Assembly (NCBI GenBank): GCA_045536565.1
Contig: JAZSNU010000003.1
Location: forward strand, 1-64,000
DNA from: Clostridia bacterium
GTDB taxonomy: Bacteria > Bacillota > Clostridia > TANB77 > CAG-465
Direction of reading: 5' to 3'
DNA length: 64,000 bases
Each line of letters begins with the position of its first letter. The first letter of the stretch is position 1. Positions 10,877-21,398 of the stretch are shown piece after piece. The notes beneath the pieces were generated by a model. It was not told the origin of the DNA. It saw only the letters and a list, made by a program, of their open reading frames with translations, and did no database searches. The position numbers were made by a program, and so were the translations under genes.

Positions 10877-11048
10877 CTTTCAAAATTAATATGTGGTTAC
10901 AATTATATACCCATATTAATAACTTGTCAAATAGATACAAGTTGTAAAACAGACATGCATTATATATTCGTTGCATTGGCTATGTTGTTTTTTATGGCAA
11001 AATTTGATATAATTAGCACACTAAAACAATATAAATGGAGGAATAAAA

Positions 11049-13652
11049 ATGGCACTATCACCAATGATGCAACAATATTTAGATATAAAAGAAAAGAATC
11101 CTGATTCTATTTTATTTTTTAGATTAGGTGATTTCTATGAAATGTTTTTTGATGATGCAAAATTATGTAGTAGAGAATTAGAACTTACCTTAACTGGAAA
11201 AGATTGCGGTTTAGAGGAAAGGGCTCCTATGTGTGGAGTACCATTTCATAGTAGTACAACATATATACAAAAACTAATTGAAAAAGGGTATAAAGTAGCA
11301 ATATGTGAACAGGTTGAGGATCCAAAAGAAGCAAAAGGATTAGTAAAAAGAGATGTAGTTAAAATTGTAACACCAGGAACATTGCTTGATACAAATATGC
11401 TAGATGAAAGAAAAAATAACTATGTTGCAAATATATTTGGAGTAGGTAGAGAGTTTGCATTTTCATATGCTGATGTATCTACTGGGGAATGCTATGTAAC
11501 ATATGCACAAGGAATAGATGCTATTGATAAGATAATAGACGATGTTATTAGAGTGGCACCATCAGAATTTGTGCTGACACAAAGTATATTAAATAATTCA
11601 CATATAATAAATAGCATAACAAAAAGAATAAACACATACATTTCTACATATGTACAAGATGAATCCTTAGAAAATGATACTGTGGAAGTGCTAAAAAAAT
11701 ACAATTTAGATATTACCAACATAGAAGAAAATTCGTTGTTAACACTTCTTGCGTACATATCTGAAACCCAGAAATCAGAGGTTAGCCAGATAAACAAAAT
11801 TGAAAGATATTCATTAGAAAAATTTATGAGATTAGATGTTTCTACAAGAAGAAATCTAGAAATTTTAGAATCAAACAGAGAAAAGACTAAAAAAGGAAGC
11901 TTACTTTGGGTGCTTGATAAAACAAGTACAGCAATGGGTGCAAGACAAATGAAAAAGTGGCTAGAAAAACCACTTTTAAATGCACATGATATAACAAATA
12001 GGTTAGATGCAGTAGAAGCAATAAAGGCAAATATATTTTTTAGAGATGATTTAATAGATTCTTTAAAAGGCGTATATGACATTGAAAGAATAATAGCCAA
12101 AGTTGTTTCTGGAAATATAAATGGAAGAGATTTAATATCACTTAAAAATTCTATTATGCATTTGCCTGAAATAAAAGAAAAACTTTTGAATGTTATAAAA
12201 TATAACGATGGAAAAGATAACACTTATCTTCTTAGATTATATAGTGGTATTGATGAGTTAAGAGATATATATGAGCTCATAGAAGCAAGTATTGGGGACG
12301 ATGTGGGAATCACTATAAAAGAGGGTAATATAATAAAAAGAGGATATAACGAGGAAGTAGACATCTTAAGAAGTGCATCTACCGAGGGTAAAAACTGGCT
12401 TATGCAGTTAGAGGCTGACGAGAAAGAAAAAACGGGTATTAAGAATATAAAAGTAGGATATAACAAAGTTTTTGGCTACTATATTGAGGTTACAAATTCA
12501 TTTTTACCGCTTATTCCAGAAGATAGATATATAAGAAAACAAACATTATCAGGTGGTGAAAGATATATAACAGAAGAACTTAAAAACATTGAAGAAAAAA
12601 TACTAGGTAGCGAAGATAAATTAATAGATTTAGAATATAAATTGTTTGTTCAAATTAGGAAAACTGTTGCGCTTGAAGCACCAAGAGTTCAACAAGCAGC
12701 AGAAATAATAGCAACGCTTGATGTTCTATGCAGTTTTGCATATGTTGCTGAAAGCAATAACTATGTAAAACCGTTGGTAACAGAAGATGGAGTAATTGAA
12801 ATAAAAGACGGTAGACATCCTGTGGTAGAAAAATCTTTAAGAGATATCGAGTTTATACCAAATGATACATACATGGATTTACATGATAGTAGATTTCATA
12901 TTATTACAGGTCCTAATATGGCAGGTAAATCTACATATATGAGACAAGTTGCCGTTATAACATATATGGCACAAGTAGGATGTTATGTACCTGCGTCATA
13001 TGCAAAGATAGGAATAGTGGATAGAATATTTACAAGAGTTGGAGCAAGTGATGATTTGGCAATGGGTGAGTCTACATTTATGGTTGAAATGTCTGAACTT
13101 TCAAATATACTAGATAATGCAACAGAAAATTCATTAATAATATTAGATGAAATAGGTAGAGGAACATCAACATATGATGGATTATCTATTGCTTGGGCTA
13201 CAGTGGAGCATATAACAAATAAAGAAAAATTGGGTGCCAAGACATTATTTGCAACGCATTATCATGAACTTACAGAACTTGGAGATACACAAGAAGGAAT
13301 AAATAACTTTTCTGTTGCTGTTAAAGAAAAAGGTGATGATGTAATTTTTCTTCGTAAAATAGTAGAAGGTGCAGCAGACGAATCTTATGGAATATATGTT
13401 GCAAAATTAGCAGGTGTTCCAAAAAGTGTGTTAAATAGATCAAAAGAACTTCTTAAAAAGCTAGAAGAAACAAATATAACCAAGAAGGCTAAGAAAAACG
13501 AAACAAGAGTAATTGATAACAACATGCAAGTAGACATGTTTAATTACAGATTAGCAGAAGTAGGTAAAATACTAGATAAAATATGTCTAGACGAGCTTAC
13601 AGCAAAAGAGGCTTTAGATACATTATATAAGTTAAAAGATAAAATGAATTAA
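11049..13652 (+). CDS. mutS: DNA mismatch repair protein MutS
   Basis: GDFYEMF mismatch-binding motif; TGPNMAGKST; GESTFMVEM; LDEIGRGTST; FATHYHEL. Confidence 0.98.
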   Translation: MALSPMMQQYLDIKEKNPDSILFFRLGDFYEMFFDDAKLCSRELELTLTGKDCGLEERAPMCGVPFHSSTTYIQKLIEKGYKVAICEQVEDPKEAKGLVKRDVVKIVTPGTLLDTNMLDERKNNYVANIFGVGREFAFSYADVSTGECYVTYAQGIDAIDKIIDDVIRVAPSEFVLTQSILNNSHIINSITKRINTYISTYVQDESLENDTVEVLKKYNLDITNIEENSLLTLLAYISETQKSEVSQINKIERYSLEKFMRLDVSTRRNLEILESNREKTKKGSLLWVLDKTSTAMGARQMKKWLEKPLLNAHDITNRLDAVEAIKANIFFRDDLIDSLKGVYDIERIIAKVVSGNINGRDLISLKNSIMHLPEIKEKLLNVIKYNDGKDNTYLLRLYSGIDELRDIYELIEASIGDDVGITIKEGNIIKRGYNEEVDILRSASTEGKNWLMQLEADEKEKTGIKNIKVGYNKVFGYYIEVTNSFLPLIPEDRYIRKQTLSGGERYITEELKNIEEKILGSEDKLIDLEYKLFVQIRKTVALEAPRVQQAAEIIATLDVLCSFAYVAESNNYVKPLVTEDGVIEIKDGRHPVVEKSLRDIEFIPNDTYMDLHDSRFHIITGPNMAGKSTYMRQVAVITYMAQVGCYVPASYAKIGIVDRIFTRVGASDDLAMGESTFMVEMSELSNILDNATENSLIILDEIGRGTSTYDGLSIAWATVEHITNKEKLGAKTLFATHYHELTELGDTQEGINNFSVAVKEKGDDVIFLRKIVEGAADESYGIYVAKLAGVPKSVLNRSKELLKKLEETNITKKAKKNETRVIDNNMQVDMFNYRLAEVGKILDKICLDELTAKEALDTLYKLKDKMN

Positions 13653-13655
13653 CAT

Positions 13656-13706
13656 ATACAGGTTAGATTATGCATATAACATATAGTCTAACCTGTATAT
13701 TTTTTT
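13656..13706 (+). terminator. Intrinsic terminator after mutS
   Basis: Long stem atatacaggttaga/tctaacctgtatat followed by a T-tract. Confidence 0.7.
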
Positions 13707-13804
13707 AAACATACTAGTTAAATGATACGCAAAATAACTTGAAAAATAGCATAATATTGATATAATATAAATGTAGAATTTAAATTAAATATAGGGGAAG
13801 TTTT

Positions 13805-15703
13805 ATGGGAAATATCGTATTGTTAGATGATTATACAATAAATAAAATAGCAGCAGGTGAAGTTGTGGATAGACCAGCATCTATTGTAAAGGAATTAGTA
13901 GAAAACTCAATCGATGCAGGAGCAACACAAATTAGTATAGAAATAAAAAATGGTGGAATAAAATATATAAAAATTGTAGACAATGGTAGCGGTATTAGAA
14001 AAGATGATGTACAAATTGCATTTGAAAGACATGCTACTAGTAAAATAAGAAAAGAATCAGACATTTTAAATATAACATCTATGGGGTTTAGAGGTGAGGC
14101 ATTAGCATCAGTTGCAGGTATTGCCAAGGCAACTATAATGACAAGACATAAAGATGAAGAAGTAGGCTCAAAATACATAATTGAAGGTGGTAATGAGTTA
14201 CAATTCGAAGATGTAGGATTAAATCAAGGTACAACAATTATAGTAGAAAATGTTTTCTATAATGTTCCTGCTAGATATAAATTTTTGAAGAAAGATTATA
14301 CAGAGGCAGGATATATAGAGGATATAGTCACAAGACTTGCATTAATACATCCCGAAATAAGTTTTAAATATATAAATAACAGTAAGCAAATTATATCTAC
14401 ACCAGGTGATTCTAAAATAGAGACAGCGGTATATAGTATTTTTGGAAGAGAAACAATGCAAAATTTGATACCTGTAAATTATGAATATGAAGGTAGAAAA
14501 GTTACAGGAGTAATAGGAAATCCTAATCTTGCAAGGAATACCAGACAAAATGAATTTACATACATAAATAGTAGATTTGTAAAAGATAAAATGATGAGTA
14601 AAGCATTAGAAGATGCTTTTGAGCAATCACTTAGTATAGGTAAATTTCCTTTTGCTATATTAAATGTTCAAATTAATCCAGCAGAAGTAGATGTGAATGT
14701 GCATCCTGCAAAATTGGAAGTTAAATTTCAAGATGAAGGTGTAATATATAGCACAATATATCACGGTGTAAAAAATGCTGTTAAAAGTTATGAAGAAAGC
14801 ATAAGCCCATTTAGAAACAAAGAAGTAATATATAACAATTCCAAAGTGGATAGCGTGGATAACAAAAGTGAAAAAATAGTGCCAGCATGGACAAGTACAA
14901 TTAATGAAACAAAACAAATCTCTAATATACAAGACATATATAGAATTGCGAAAAAAGATGATAATGAAGAAGAAACAAATCAATATTATAGTTATAATGT
15001 TCCTCAAAATATAGCCATAAATGTAAACGAAGAAAATGATAATGGATATATTACAAATATACAAAATACAATTTTAGAAACTAATATATTAGACCACCAA
15101 GAAAAAATTGCCGAGGTTGAAAAAGCAAAGATTGGGTATAAATTTGTTGGTAATGTGTTTAGTACATATATTATTATAGAAATAAATGATAGAATTTATA
15201 TAATTGATCAACATGCAGCACATGAAAGATTATTGTATGAAAGAATAAAAGATAATTATTATTCTAAATCAAGAGAAACTCAAATGCTTCTTGTTCCTAC
15301 ACTTGTTGAACTAAAAAATTCTGAGAAAGAATTGGTAGAAAACAACAAAGAAATGTTTGAAAATGCAGGATACATAATCGAAGATTTTGGAGATAATGGA
15401 ATAAAGATTGCTGGTGTTCCAAATGTTGGATATGACTTAGACTATAAAGAGATGTTTTTAGATGGAATAGACGAACTTATGGGAGCAACAAAGACAACAA
15501 AAGAGGAAAAGGAAAAAAGGTTTTTAGCAACACTTGCGTGTAAAGCAGCAGTTAAGGGGAATATGAAGATAACAAGTGAAGAACAAATAGCACTATTAGA
15601 TGAAATGATGAAACTGGATAATCCATTTACTTGTCCTCATGGAAGACCAACTGCATATGAAATAAGTAAATATGATATTGAGAAAAAATTTTTAAGAAAA
15701 TAA
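13805..15703 (+). CDS. mutL: DNA mismatch repair endonuclease MutL
   Basis: IAAGEVV, ENSIDAG, GFRGEAL; endonuclease motif DQHAAHER; ACK; CPHGRP. Confidence 0.98.
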   Translation: MGNIVLLDDYTINKIAAGEVVDRPASIVKELVENSIDAGATQISIEIKNGGIKYIKIVDNGSGIRKDDVQIAFERHATSKIRKESDILNITSMGFRGEALASVAGIAKATIMTRHKDEEVGSKYIIEGGNELQFEDVGLNQGTTIIVENVFYNVPARYKFLKKDYTEAGYIEDIVTRLALIHPEISFKYINNSKQIISTPGDSKIETAVYSIFGRETMQNLIPVNYEYEGRKVTGVIGNPNLARNTRQNEFTYINSRFVKDKMMSKALEDAFEQSLSIGKFPFAILNVQINPAEVDVNVHPAKLEVKFQDEGVIYSTIYHGVKNAVKSYEESISPFRNKEVIYNNSKVDSVDNKSEKIVPAWTSTINETKQISNIQDIYRIAKKDDNEEETNQYYSYNVPQNIAINVNEENDNGYITNIQNTILETNILDHQEKIAEVEKAKIGYKFVGNVFSTYIIIEINDRIYIIDQHAAHERLLYERIKDNYYSKSRETQMLLVPTLVELKNSEKELVENNKEMFENAGYIIEDFGDNGIKIAGVPNVGYDLDYKEMFLDGIDELMGATKTTKEEKEKRFLATLACKAAVKGNMKITSEEQIALLDEMMKLDNPFTCPHGRPTAYEISKYDIEKKFLRK

Positions 15704-15719
15704 CAAAGAAGGTGAACTT

Positions 15720-16682
15720 TTGAAGGAAGATAAACCAAATGTAATAGTAGTTGTTGGACCTACTGCTTCTGGCAAGACAAGCTTAGGTATACATATTGCA
15801 AAAGCATTAGATGGTGAAATTGTATCAGCAGACTCTATGCAAATATATAAAGGATTAGATGTTGGAACTGCTAAGGCAACAGAAGAAGAGCAAAAAGAGA
15901 TAAAACATCACTTGATAGATATTTGTGAAATAGAAGAAAAATTTAGCGTTGCAGAATATAAAGAAAAATGCTATGAAAAACTAAATGAAATAATATCAAA
16001 AGGCAAAACTCCTATAATAGTAGGTGGTACAGGGCTATATGTAAATGCAGTTGTTAATAATATGAACTTTGATAGCAACATCCAAGATGAAAATTATATT
16101 AATCAAAAAGAAGAATATAGAAAAGAGTTAGAAGAAATATTAGATAAAAAGGGCAAAGAATATTTATATGATATGCTCCTTTCAATTGATAAAGAGGCTG
16201 CTACAAATATTCATATGAATAATACAAAAAGAGTAATCAGAGCAATCGAAATGGCAAAATTTGAGACTGACAAAAGCACAGTAAATGAAAGAAATGATTT
16301 ATGGAATAAAAATGAAAGTAAGTATAATTTTATAGTTATATATATAGACATGCCAAGAGAAGAACTATATAATAGAATAAACCAAAGAGTAGACATGATG
16401 GAAGAGCTAGGTGTAATAGAAGAGGCCAGAAAACTTAAATCTATGAATTTACAAAGAGATAATACTGTTATGCAAGCAATAGGGTATAAAGAGTTCTTTG
16501 ATTATATAGACGGAAAAACAACATTGGAAGAAAGTTTAGAAAATTTAAAACTAGCAACTAGAAGGTATGCCAAAAGACAAGTAACTTGGTTTAAAAAACT
16601 ACACGGTGATATAGTATATAAACAAGGTCAAAGTGTAGATGAATTAATTTGTGATATAAAGAGGAAGATAAATGAAAAATGA
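15720..16682 (+). CDS. miaA: tRNA dimethylallyltransferase
   Basis: GPTASGKT, DSMQIY, GGTGLY, AIGYKE, YAKRQVTW. Confidence 0.97.
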   Translation: MKEDKPNVIVVVGPTASGKTSLGIHIAKALDGEIVSADSMQIYKGLDVGTAKATEEEQKEIKHHLIDICEIEEKFSVAEYKEKCYEKLNEIISKGKTPIIVGGTGLYVNAVVNNMNFDSNIQDENYINQKEEYRKELEEILDKKGKEYLYDMLLSIDKEAATNIHMNNTKRVIRAIEMAKFETDKSTVNERNDLWNKNESKYNFIVIYIDMPREELYNRINQRVDMMEELGVIEEARKLKSMNLQRDNTVMQAIGYKEFFDYIDGKTTLEESLENLKLATRRYAKRQVTWFKKLHGDIVYKQGQSVDELICDIKRKINEK

Positions 16683-17868
16683 TATAAAAAAGCATGTTCA
16701 AAAAAGTGCTCCAAAAAAACTACACATGTTTATAGTTATATTTTTGTTATCAATAGGAATAATGCTATTATACAAAATTAATAATAAAGAAGAAAAATAT
16801 TTAGTTAATATAGGTAAAATAGAGTATACAACTTCAAATATTGGTTATGTTATAAAGGATGAAACAGTTATAGATGTGGATACTAATAAAGTATTGATAC
16901 CAACTGTATCGGAGGGCTCTAGAGTATCAAGAAACAATATTATTGCAACATATAGAGGACAAGAGTATAATGATTATAAAAAAAGATTGGAAGATTTAGA
17001 TGCAGAAATTTTACTTGCCATGAAAGATATAAATATACAGTATTCAATGGAAATAGCAAATTTAGAGAATCAAGTTATAAATACTGTTATGAACAACATG
17101 GGAATAACAGCTATGGTAGAGATGCAGGAGTGTAAAACAACTGTTGATAATATTTTAAATAAAAGAGCTTCTATTATAGCAGAACTTAGTCCAGAGGATG
17201 CTTATGTTAAAGAGTTAATAACAAAAAGAAAAAATCTAGAAGCAGAACTTACAGCATCATCTACTAATTTAAAAGCTCCAATTGGTGGAATAATATCATA
17301 TACAGTAGATGGATTAGAGGATAAACTTACAGAAGAAACAATATATTCATTAAATTATGAAGATATTAAGGGATTTGTGACATCAAGGGAAGAAGTAACA
17401 TCTAGTAAGATAAGAATAACAAGTAATTATGAGGGGTATATTTTAATTAGAGCAAGTAATATAGATAGTGAATATATTAAACAAGATGAAGAGTACGAGT
17501 TAAGGATTATTGGTGCAGAGCTTGTATCACTAAGAGCAACAATTACTAAGATTACTGAAACAGAGCAAGGATATGAAGTGCTGTTTAGAATAACAAATGG
17601 AGTAGAAAATTTAGTAGATCTTAGGGAATGTGAGATTGAAGTTGTTTGGCAATCTTACGAGGGATTAGTAGTACCTTTAAAAAGTATAACAAAAGATAAA
17701 GATGGAAAAGATTATGTTAAAATTATTACAAGAGGTGACTATATTGATATTCCTGTAAAGGTAAAACAAAAGAATAAAACATATGCAATTGTTGAAAATT
17801 ATGAAAAAGAAAATGGCAATGATTATATTTTAGAAAGATATGATCAAGTGACATTTAGCAAGGAGTAA
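16672..17868 (+). CDS. HlyD-like membrane-fusion/adaptor family protein
   Basis: N-terminal TM; lipoyl-like halves (EGSRVSRN...APIGGIISY..DGLE) flanking a coiled coil; C-terminal GLVVP..I motif. Confidence 0.65.
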   Translation: MKNDIKKHVQKSAPKKLHMFIVIFLLSIGIMLLYKINNKEEKYLVNIGKIEYTTSNIGYVIKDETVIDVDTNKVLIPTVSEGSRVSRNNIIATYRGQEYNDYKKRLEDLDAEILLAMKDINIQYSMEIANLENQVINTVMNNMGITAMVEMQECKTTVDNILNKRASIIAELSPEDAYVKELITKRKNLEAELTASSTNLKAPIGGIISYTVDGLEDKLTEETIYSLNYEDIKGFVTSREEVTSSKIRITSNYEGYILIRASNIDSEYIKQDEEYELRIIGAELVSLRATITKITETEQGYEVLFRITNGVENLVDLRECEIEVVWQSYEGLVVPLKSITKDKDGKDYVKIITRGDYIDIPVKVKQKNKTYAIVENYEKENGNDYILERYDQVTFSKE

Positions 17869-17988
17869 TATTATTAAATTGTTACAAAAATATTAAAATA
17901 TTAAAATATTAACATAAAAGAAAATAAAAATATTGACATATTTAGTAAGTCATTATATAACATTGATATATAACTGTGGGAGGTATAT

Positions 17989-18510
17989 ATGAGCGCGGCA
18001 TTTATTAATAAGTTTTTAGGAGCATTAGGAATATCAGAAGATGTAGACGAAGAAGAATATGAAATGGAAGAAGAATACGAAGCAATAGAAGAAAGTACTT
18101 CGTACAAAAGACCAGCAAGAGCAGGGTATTTTTCAAAAAATGAATCAAAAAAAGATTATGAAGATGAGGCTGTATCTAAAGCAAGACTTCAAACAAAAAT
18201 ATTACCTATGACAAGTACAGTTACTACATCTAAGGTTGTTATAACTCAACCAGAGGCTTATGAAGATGTAGAGGAAATAGGTGAATATATAAGACAAAGA
18301 AAGTCAGTTATAGTTAACCTAGAATCTATAAATAAAGAAGATGGAAAAAGAATACTTGACTTTTTAAGTGGAGCATCATTTGCACTTGAAGGAAATATTC
18401 AAAAAGTGTCAAATTTAATATATTTAATGACACCAAAAGCTGTAGAAATTCAAAATGATATTGAAAGAGCACAATACAGAAGTAAATTATCATTTTCTTG
18501 GCTAAAATAA
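17989..18510 (+). CDS. sepF: Cell division protein SepF
   Basis: N-terminal amphipathic helix, acidic linker, VIVNL...KRILDFLSGA..ALEG.IQKV...YLMTP. Confidence 0.92.
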   Translation: MSAAFINKFLGALGISEDVDEEEYEMEEEYEAIEESTSYKRPARAGYFSKNESKKDYEDEAVSKARLQTKILPMTSTVTTSKVVITQPEAYEDVEEIGEYIRQRKSVIVNLESINKEDGKRILDFLSGASFALEGNIQKVSNLIYLMTPKAVEIQNDIERAQYRSKLSFSWLK

Positions 18511-18522
18511 TAAATGTTAAAA

Positions 18523-18548
18523 AGGCAAGTTATGACTTGCCTCTTTTT
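18523..18548 (+). terminator. Probable intrinsic terminator between sepF and divIVA
   Basis: Stem aggcaagt/acttgcct followed by cttttt. Confidence 0.55.
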
Positions 18549-18573
18549 ATAAAAATTGTAAGGGGGTAATAAA

Positions 18574-19050
18574 ATGTTAACACCAACAGATATAGAAAAC
18601 AAAATATTTAAGAAAACAAAATTTAATGGATATGATATAAACGATGTTGAAGATTATTTAGAAAAAATAATAGTAGATTACGAAAAAATATATAAAGAAA
18701 ATATAGAAATGAAAGATAAAATAGATAATTTACAAGAGTCAGTTGCCTATTATAAATCAATAGAAGTAGGAATAGATCAAACTGTGGGTAATGCGCAAAC
18801 TGAGGCTGAAAATATAAAAGAAGAAGCTTTAAACTTGGCTGACAAAATAAAAAAAGAGGCTATGAAAGAAGTAGCAGAAATTAGAAAAAATGAAGAAGAA
18901 AAAGTGGCAGCTCAGTTAGATGGTTTAAAGAAAGATATAATGGCAAAAGAAATAGAATTAGAAGAAAAGAAAAAACAACTCCAAATATATAAAGTAAAAA
19001 CTATCGCTATGCTTGAAGCACAAATTAAAATTTTAAACGAAGATGAATAA
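18574..19050 (+). CDS. divIVA: DivIVA domain protein
   Basis: MLTPTDIENKIF...GYD..DVEDYL N-terminal signature followed by coiled coil; follows sepF. Confidence 0.88.
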   Translation: MLTPTDIENKIFKKTKFNGYDINDVEDYLEKIIVDYEKIYKENIEMKDKIDNLQESVAYYKSIEVGIDQTVGNAQTEAENIKEEALNLADKIKKEAMKEVAEIRKNEEEKVAAQLDGLKKDIMAKEIELEEKKKQLQIYKVKTIAMLEAQIKILNEDE

Positions 19051-19064
19051 ATAGGTGAAAAACT

Positions 19065-19802
19065 ATGAAATCAATACAAATGATAGCATTAATATTATGG
19101 GTGGCTATATTCGTTGCATTTGCTTTTGTTCTTGGCCAATTTCTTGTTAGTAAAGATATCTTTGATGTTACTGGAATATTTACAATAAATAATGTAGAAG
19201 ATAATAAGCAGGAAAGCAGTAAAGATGATGTAATATCAATAGAAGATGAAGAAATAATAAATAAAATTGGACAAGAAACTGTAAGAATAGGTCAAAATGT
19301 TGCATTTGAATACTTTTCAGCTTATTATAAAGAGTATGTTAATTATATTTTGCAAGATGTGACTAATAAATATCCCATGAATGAAAAGATAACTATTACG
19401 GATGTACTGGCAAGTGATTATGTATTTTATTCCGTATCAAATAGGATGGATGAGGAAAATGATACTATAATAACTGTTCTAGAGGCTGATATAAATGCAT
19501 TTGCAGATAAAATGTTTCAGAAAAAAATAGATGATACATATAAAATGAAAAATGAATATGGATATGACATAAACAAGAAAGAATATAATATAAAGCTAAG
19601 CGATGATAAACAAGAATTTATACAAGAATTGCTGAGTATAAAAAATATAACATCAAATAAGATTGAACTTCAATTTAAATGTCAGAGTACAGAAAAAGAT
19701 AATAACAATAATATGAGTATAAAAAAATATCAAGTAAACATAGATATTGTATATAAGGGTGGAAGATATATAGTAACTGATGTTCAAAAGATAGAAAAAT
19801 AA
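19065..19802 (+). CDS. Hypothetical membrane-anchored protein
   Basis: 245-aa ORF with an N-terminal TM and AGGTG RBS. Confidence 0.7.
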   Translation: MKSIQMIALILWVAIFVAFAFVLGQFLVSKDIFDVTGIFTINNVEDNKQESSKDDVISIEDEEIINKIGQETVRIGQNVAFEYFSAYYKEYVNYILQDVTNKYPMNEKITITDVLASDYVFYSVSNRMDEENDTIITVLEADINAFADKMFQKKIDDTYKMKNEYGYDINKKEYNIKLSDDKQEFIQELLSIKNITSNKIELQFKCQSTEKDNNNNMSIKKYQVNIDIVYKGGRYIVTDVQKIEK

Positions 19803-19803
19803 C

Positions 19804-19841
19804 AATAGGAGGAACTGAGATGAGATCAGTTCCTCCTATTT
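19804..19841 (+). terminator. Strong hairpin/terminator
   Basis: Perfect 15-bp stem aataggaggaactga/tcagttcctcctatt. Confidence 0.7.
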
Positions 19842-19864
19842 ACACACAAAACTTTACATAATTA

Positions 19865-19893
19865 TTGACAAAAAGCTAAAATAGTGATATAAT
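19865..19893 (+). promoter_or_regulatory. Consensus sigma-A promoter of the telA-like gene
   Basis: TTGACA-17 nt-TATAAT with extended -10 TG. Confidence 0.85.
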
Positions 19894-19945
19894 TTTTATG
19901 TCAATTTAATAAAAACAAATTATTTAATAATAAGGAGGATAATAT

Positions 19946-21193
19946 ATGAACACAAATGTGGAAAATATCAAAAAAGAGGCACAGGAAATAGAAGAGGCTC
20001 AAATTGTCGATGTAGTCGACCAAGAAGAAACAACAGATGTTGTTGAACTTAAATCAACAGCACTGGCACATTTTAAAGAAGAGGATCAGAAAGCGATTGT
20101 TGCACTTGCAGATTCTATTGATGTAAACCAGTTTGAAAAAATAATGTCTTATGGAAGTATTCCACTTGTAAAGATATTTGAACAATCTGGAAGAATATTA
20201 AAAGAATTTCAAAACACATCTGCTGACCAAGAAGTAATAAGTCTTGTTCGTGAGCTTGCAAAGAAAGCTAATCAAAGTCAGGAAGAATTTAATCTTGTTC
20301 TTCAAGAACCAAATTTCTTTGAAAAAACATTACAAAAAATCTTTATTAAAATCAAAGAAAGAAATGATGCGGATGCCAAAGTTAAGGCTATTTCTTGCTA
20401 TAAATTGTTAGAACAACTTAGGGATTCATGTGATTCTTGGCTTGAAAGTTTAGCAGATACTCGTGTAAAAATCGTAGATTCTGCATACAGTGATAGAGAT
20501 ACATGTTACGAAATTGAGGAGTATATTGTTGCTGGCCGTATAGCAGAAGAGAGAATTGAAAATGAAATGCTTGCATTAAAAGATGAATACGAGCAAACAG
20601 GACTTACTGATGCAAAAATGAGATATGAAAATTGCAAACGAGGACTTGAAAACTTAAAGGTAAGACTTGTTAATCTTGAAAAATCAAGAGCAGCAAATAT
20701 TCTAGCTATTACAGAATTGGCGTTGCAAGTTAGAACTAACGAGAATATATCACATGCAGTGACAAGTCAGAAAGAAAATAGCTTGGCAGTTGCTGCGCAG
20801 CAACTTAGAAATGCTTTGTTTGATATGAAAAACAGAGAAGCATTAGAAGGTCAGAAATCAATTACTAAACTCAATGATGAACTTATGAAAAAGGTTGCAG
20901 ATGGTGTAGCACTTACAGCAGAGGAATCAGAGAGTATATTATTAAATGGTGTTTATACACCGGAAGCGGCAGTTGTTGCACTCGAAACTGTTAAAAAAGG
21001 TTGTAATGCTATTTTGCAGGCAAGAAATGAACTTATGCCTAAGATAGAAGCAGAAATGGAAAAAGTTCAAAAGTTGCTTGATGAAGTTGATCCAGTTGTA
21101 AAACAAATCAAAGAAAATGTAAACGGTGACGGCATATCACAAGCATTAAATGCACCTCCAAAAAGTTCTTCTACATCAGGACTTACATTCTAA
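19946..21193 (+). CDS. Toxic anion resistance protein (TelA/KlaA family)
   Basis: 415-aa helical protein with IMSYG, EPNFFEK.L.KIF, EEYIVAG, RLVNLE and ELMKK..D TelA-like motifs; adjacent to a TerY-P-type cluster. Confidence 0.72.
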   Translation: MNTNVENIKKEAQEIEEAQIVDVVDQEETTDVVELKSTALAHFKEEDQKAIVALADSIDVNQFEKIMSYGSIPLVKIFEQSGRILKEFQNTSADQEVISLVRELAKKANQSQEEFNLVLQEPNFFEKTLQKIFIKIKERNDADAKVKAISCYKLLEQLRDSCDSWLESLADTRVKIVDSAYSDRDTCYEIEEYIVAGRIAEERIENEMLALKDEYEQTGLTDAKMRYENCKRGLENLKVRLVNLEKSRAANILAITELALQVRTNENISHAVTSQKENSLAVAAQQLRNALFDMKNREALEGQKSITKLNDELMKKVADGVALTAEESESILLNGVYTPEAAVVALETVKKGCNAILQARNELMPKIEAEMEKVQKLLDEVDPVVKQIKENVNGDGISQALNAPPKSSSTSGLTF

Positions 21194-21199
21194 ACAAAC

Positions 21200-21233
21200 G
21201 GAAAGCAAGGTATAAAAATACCTTGCTTTTTCC
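21200..21233 (+). terminator. Intrinsic terminator after telA
   Basis: Stem aaagcaaggtat/ataccttgcttt followed by T residues. Confidence 0.7.
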
Positions 21234-21315
21234 ATGTTTATATGTGTGCTTTCAAAACTATATAAAGATAGGCAAAAAAACTTATACATATAAACATAAA
21301 AAGATTACATAAATA

Positions 21316-21344
21316 TTGATTTTAAAGGCTTTTTATGATATAAT
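21316..21344 (+). promoter_or_regulatory. Sigma-A promoter of the PP2C-vWA-kinase operon
   Basis: TTGATT-17 nt-TATAAT with extended -10 TG. Confidence 0.7.
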
Positions 21345-21398
21345 ATTTGAGTATTATAATAGTATGATTAGATTTTAATAAATTTAAGGAGGAATATT

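Noticed and set aside
16682-18574. Absence of hfq after miaA and of yggS/ylmG/ylmH around sepF
   Set aside because: Gene order here varies among Clostridia and the genes could lie elsewhere, so this cannot be assessed from the window.
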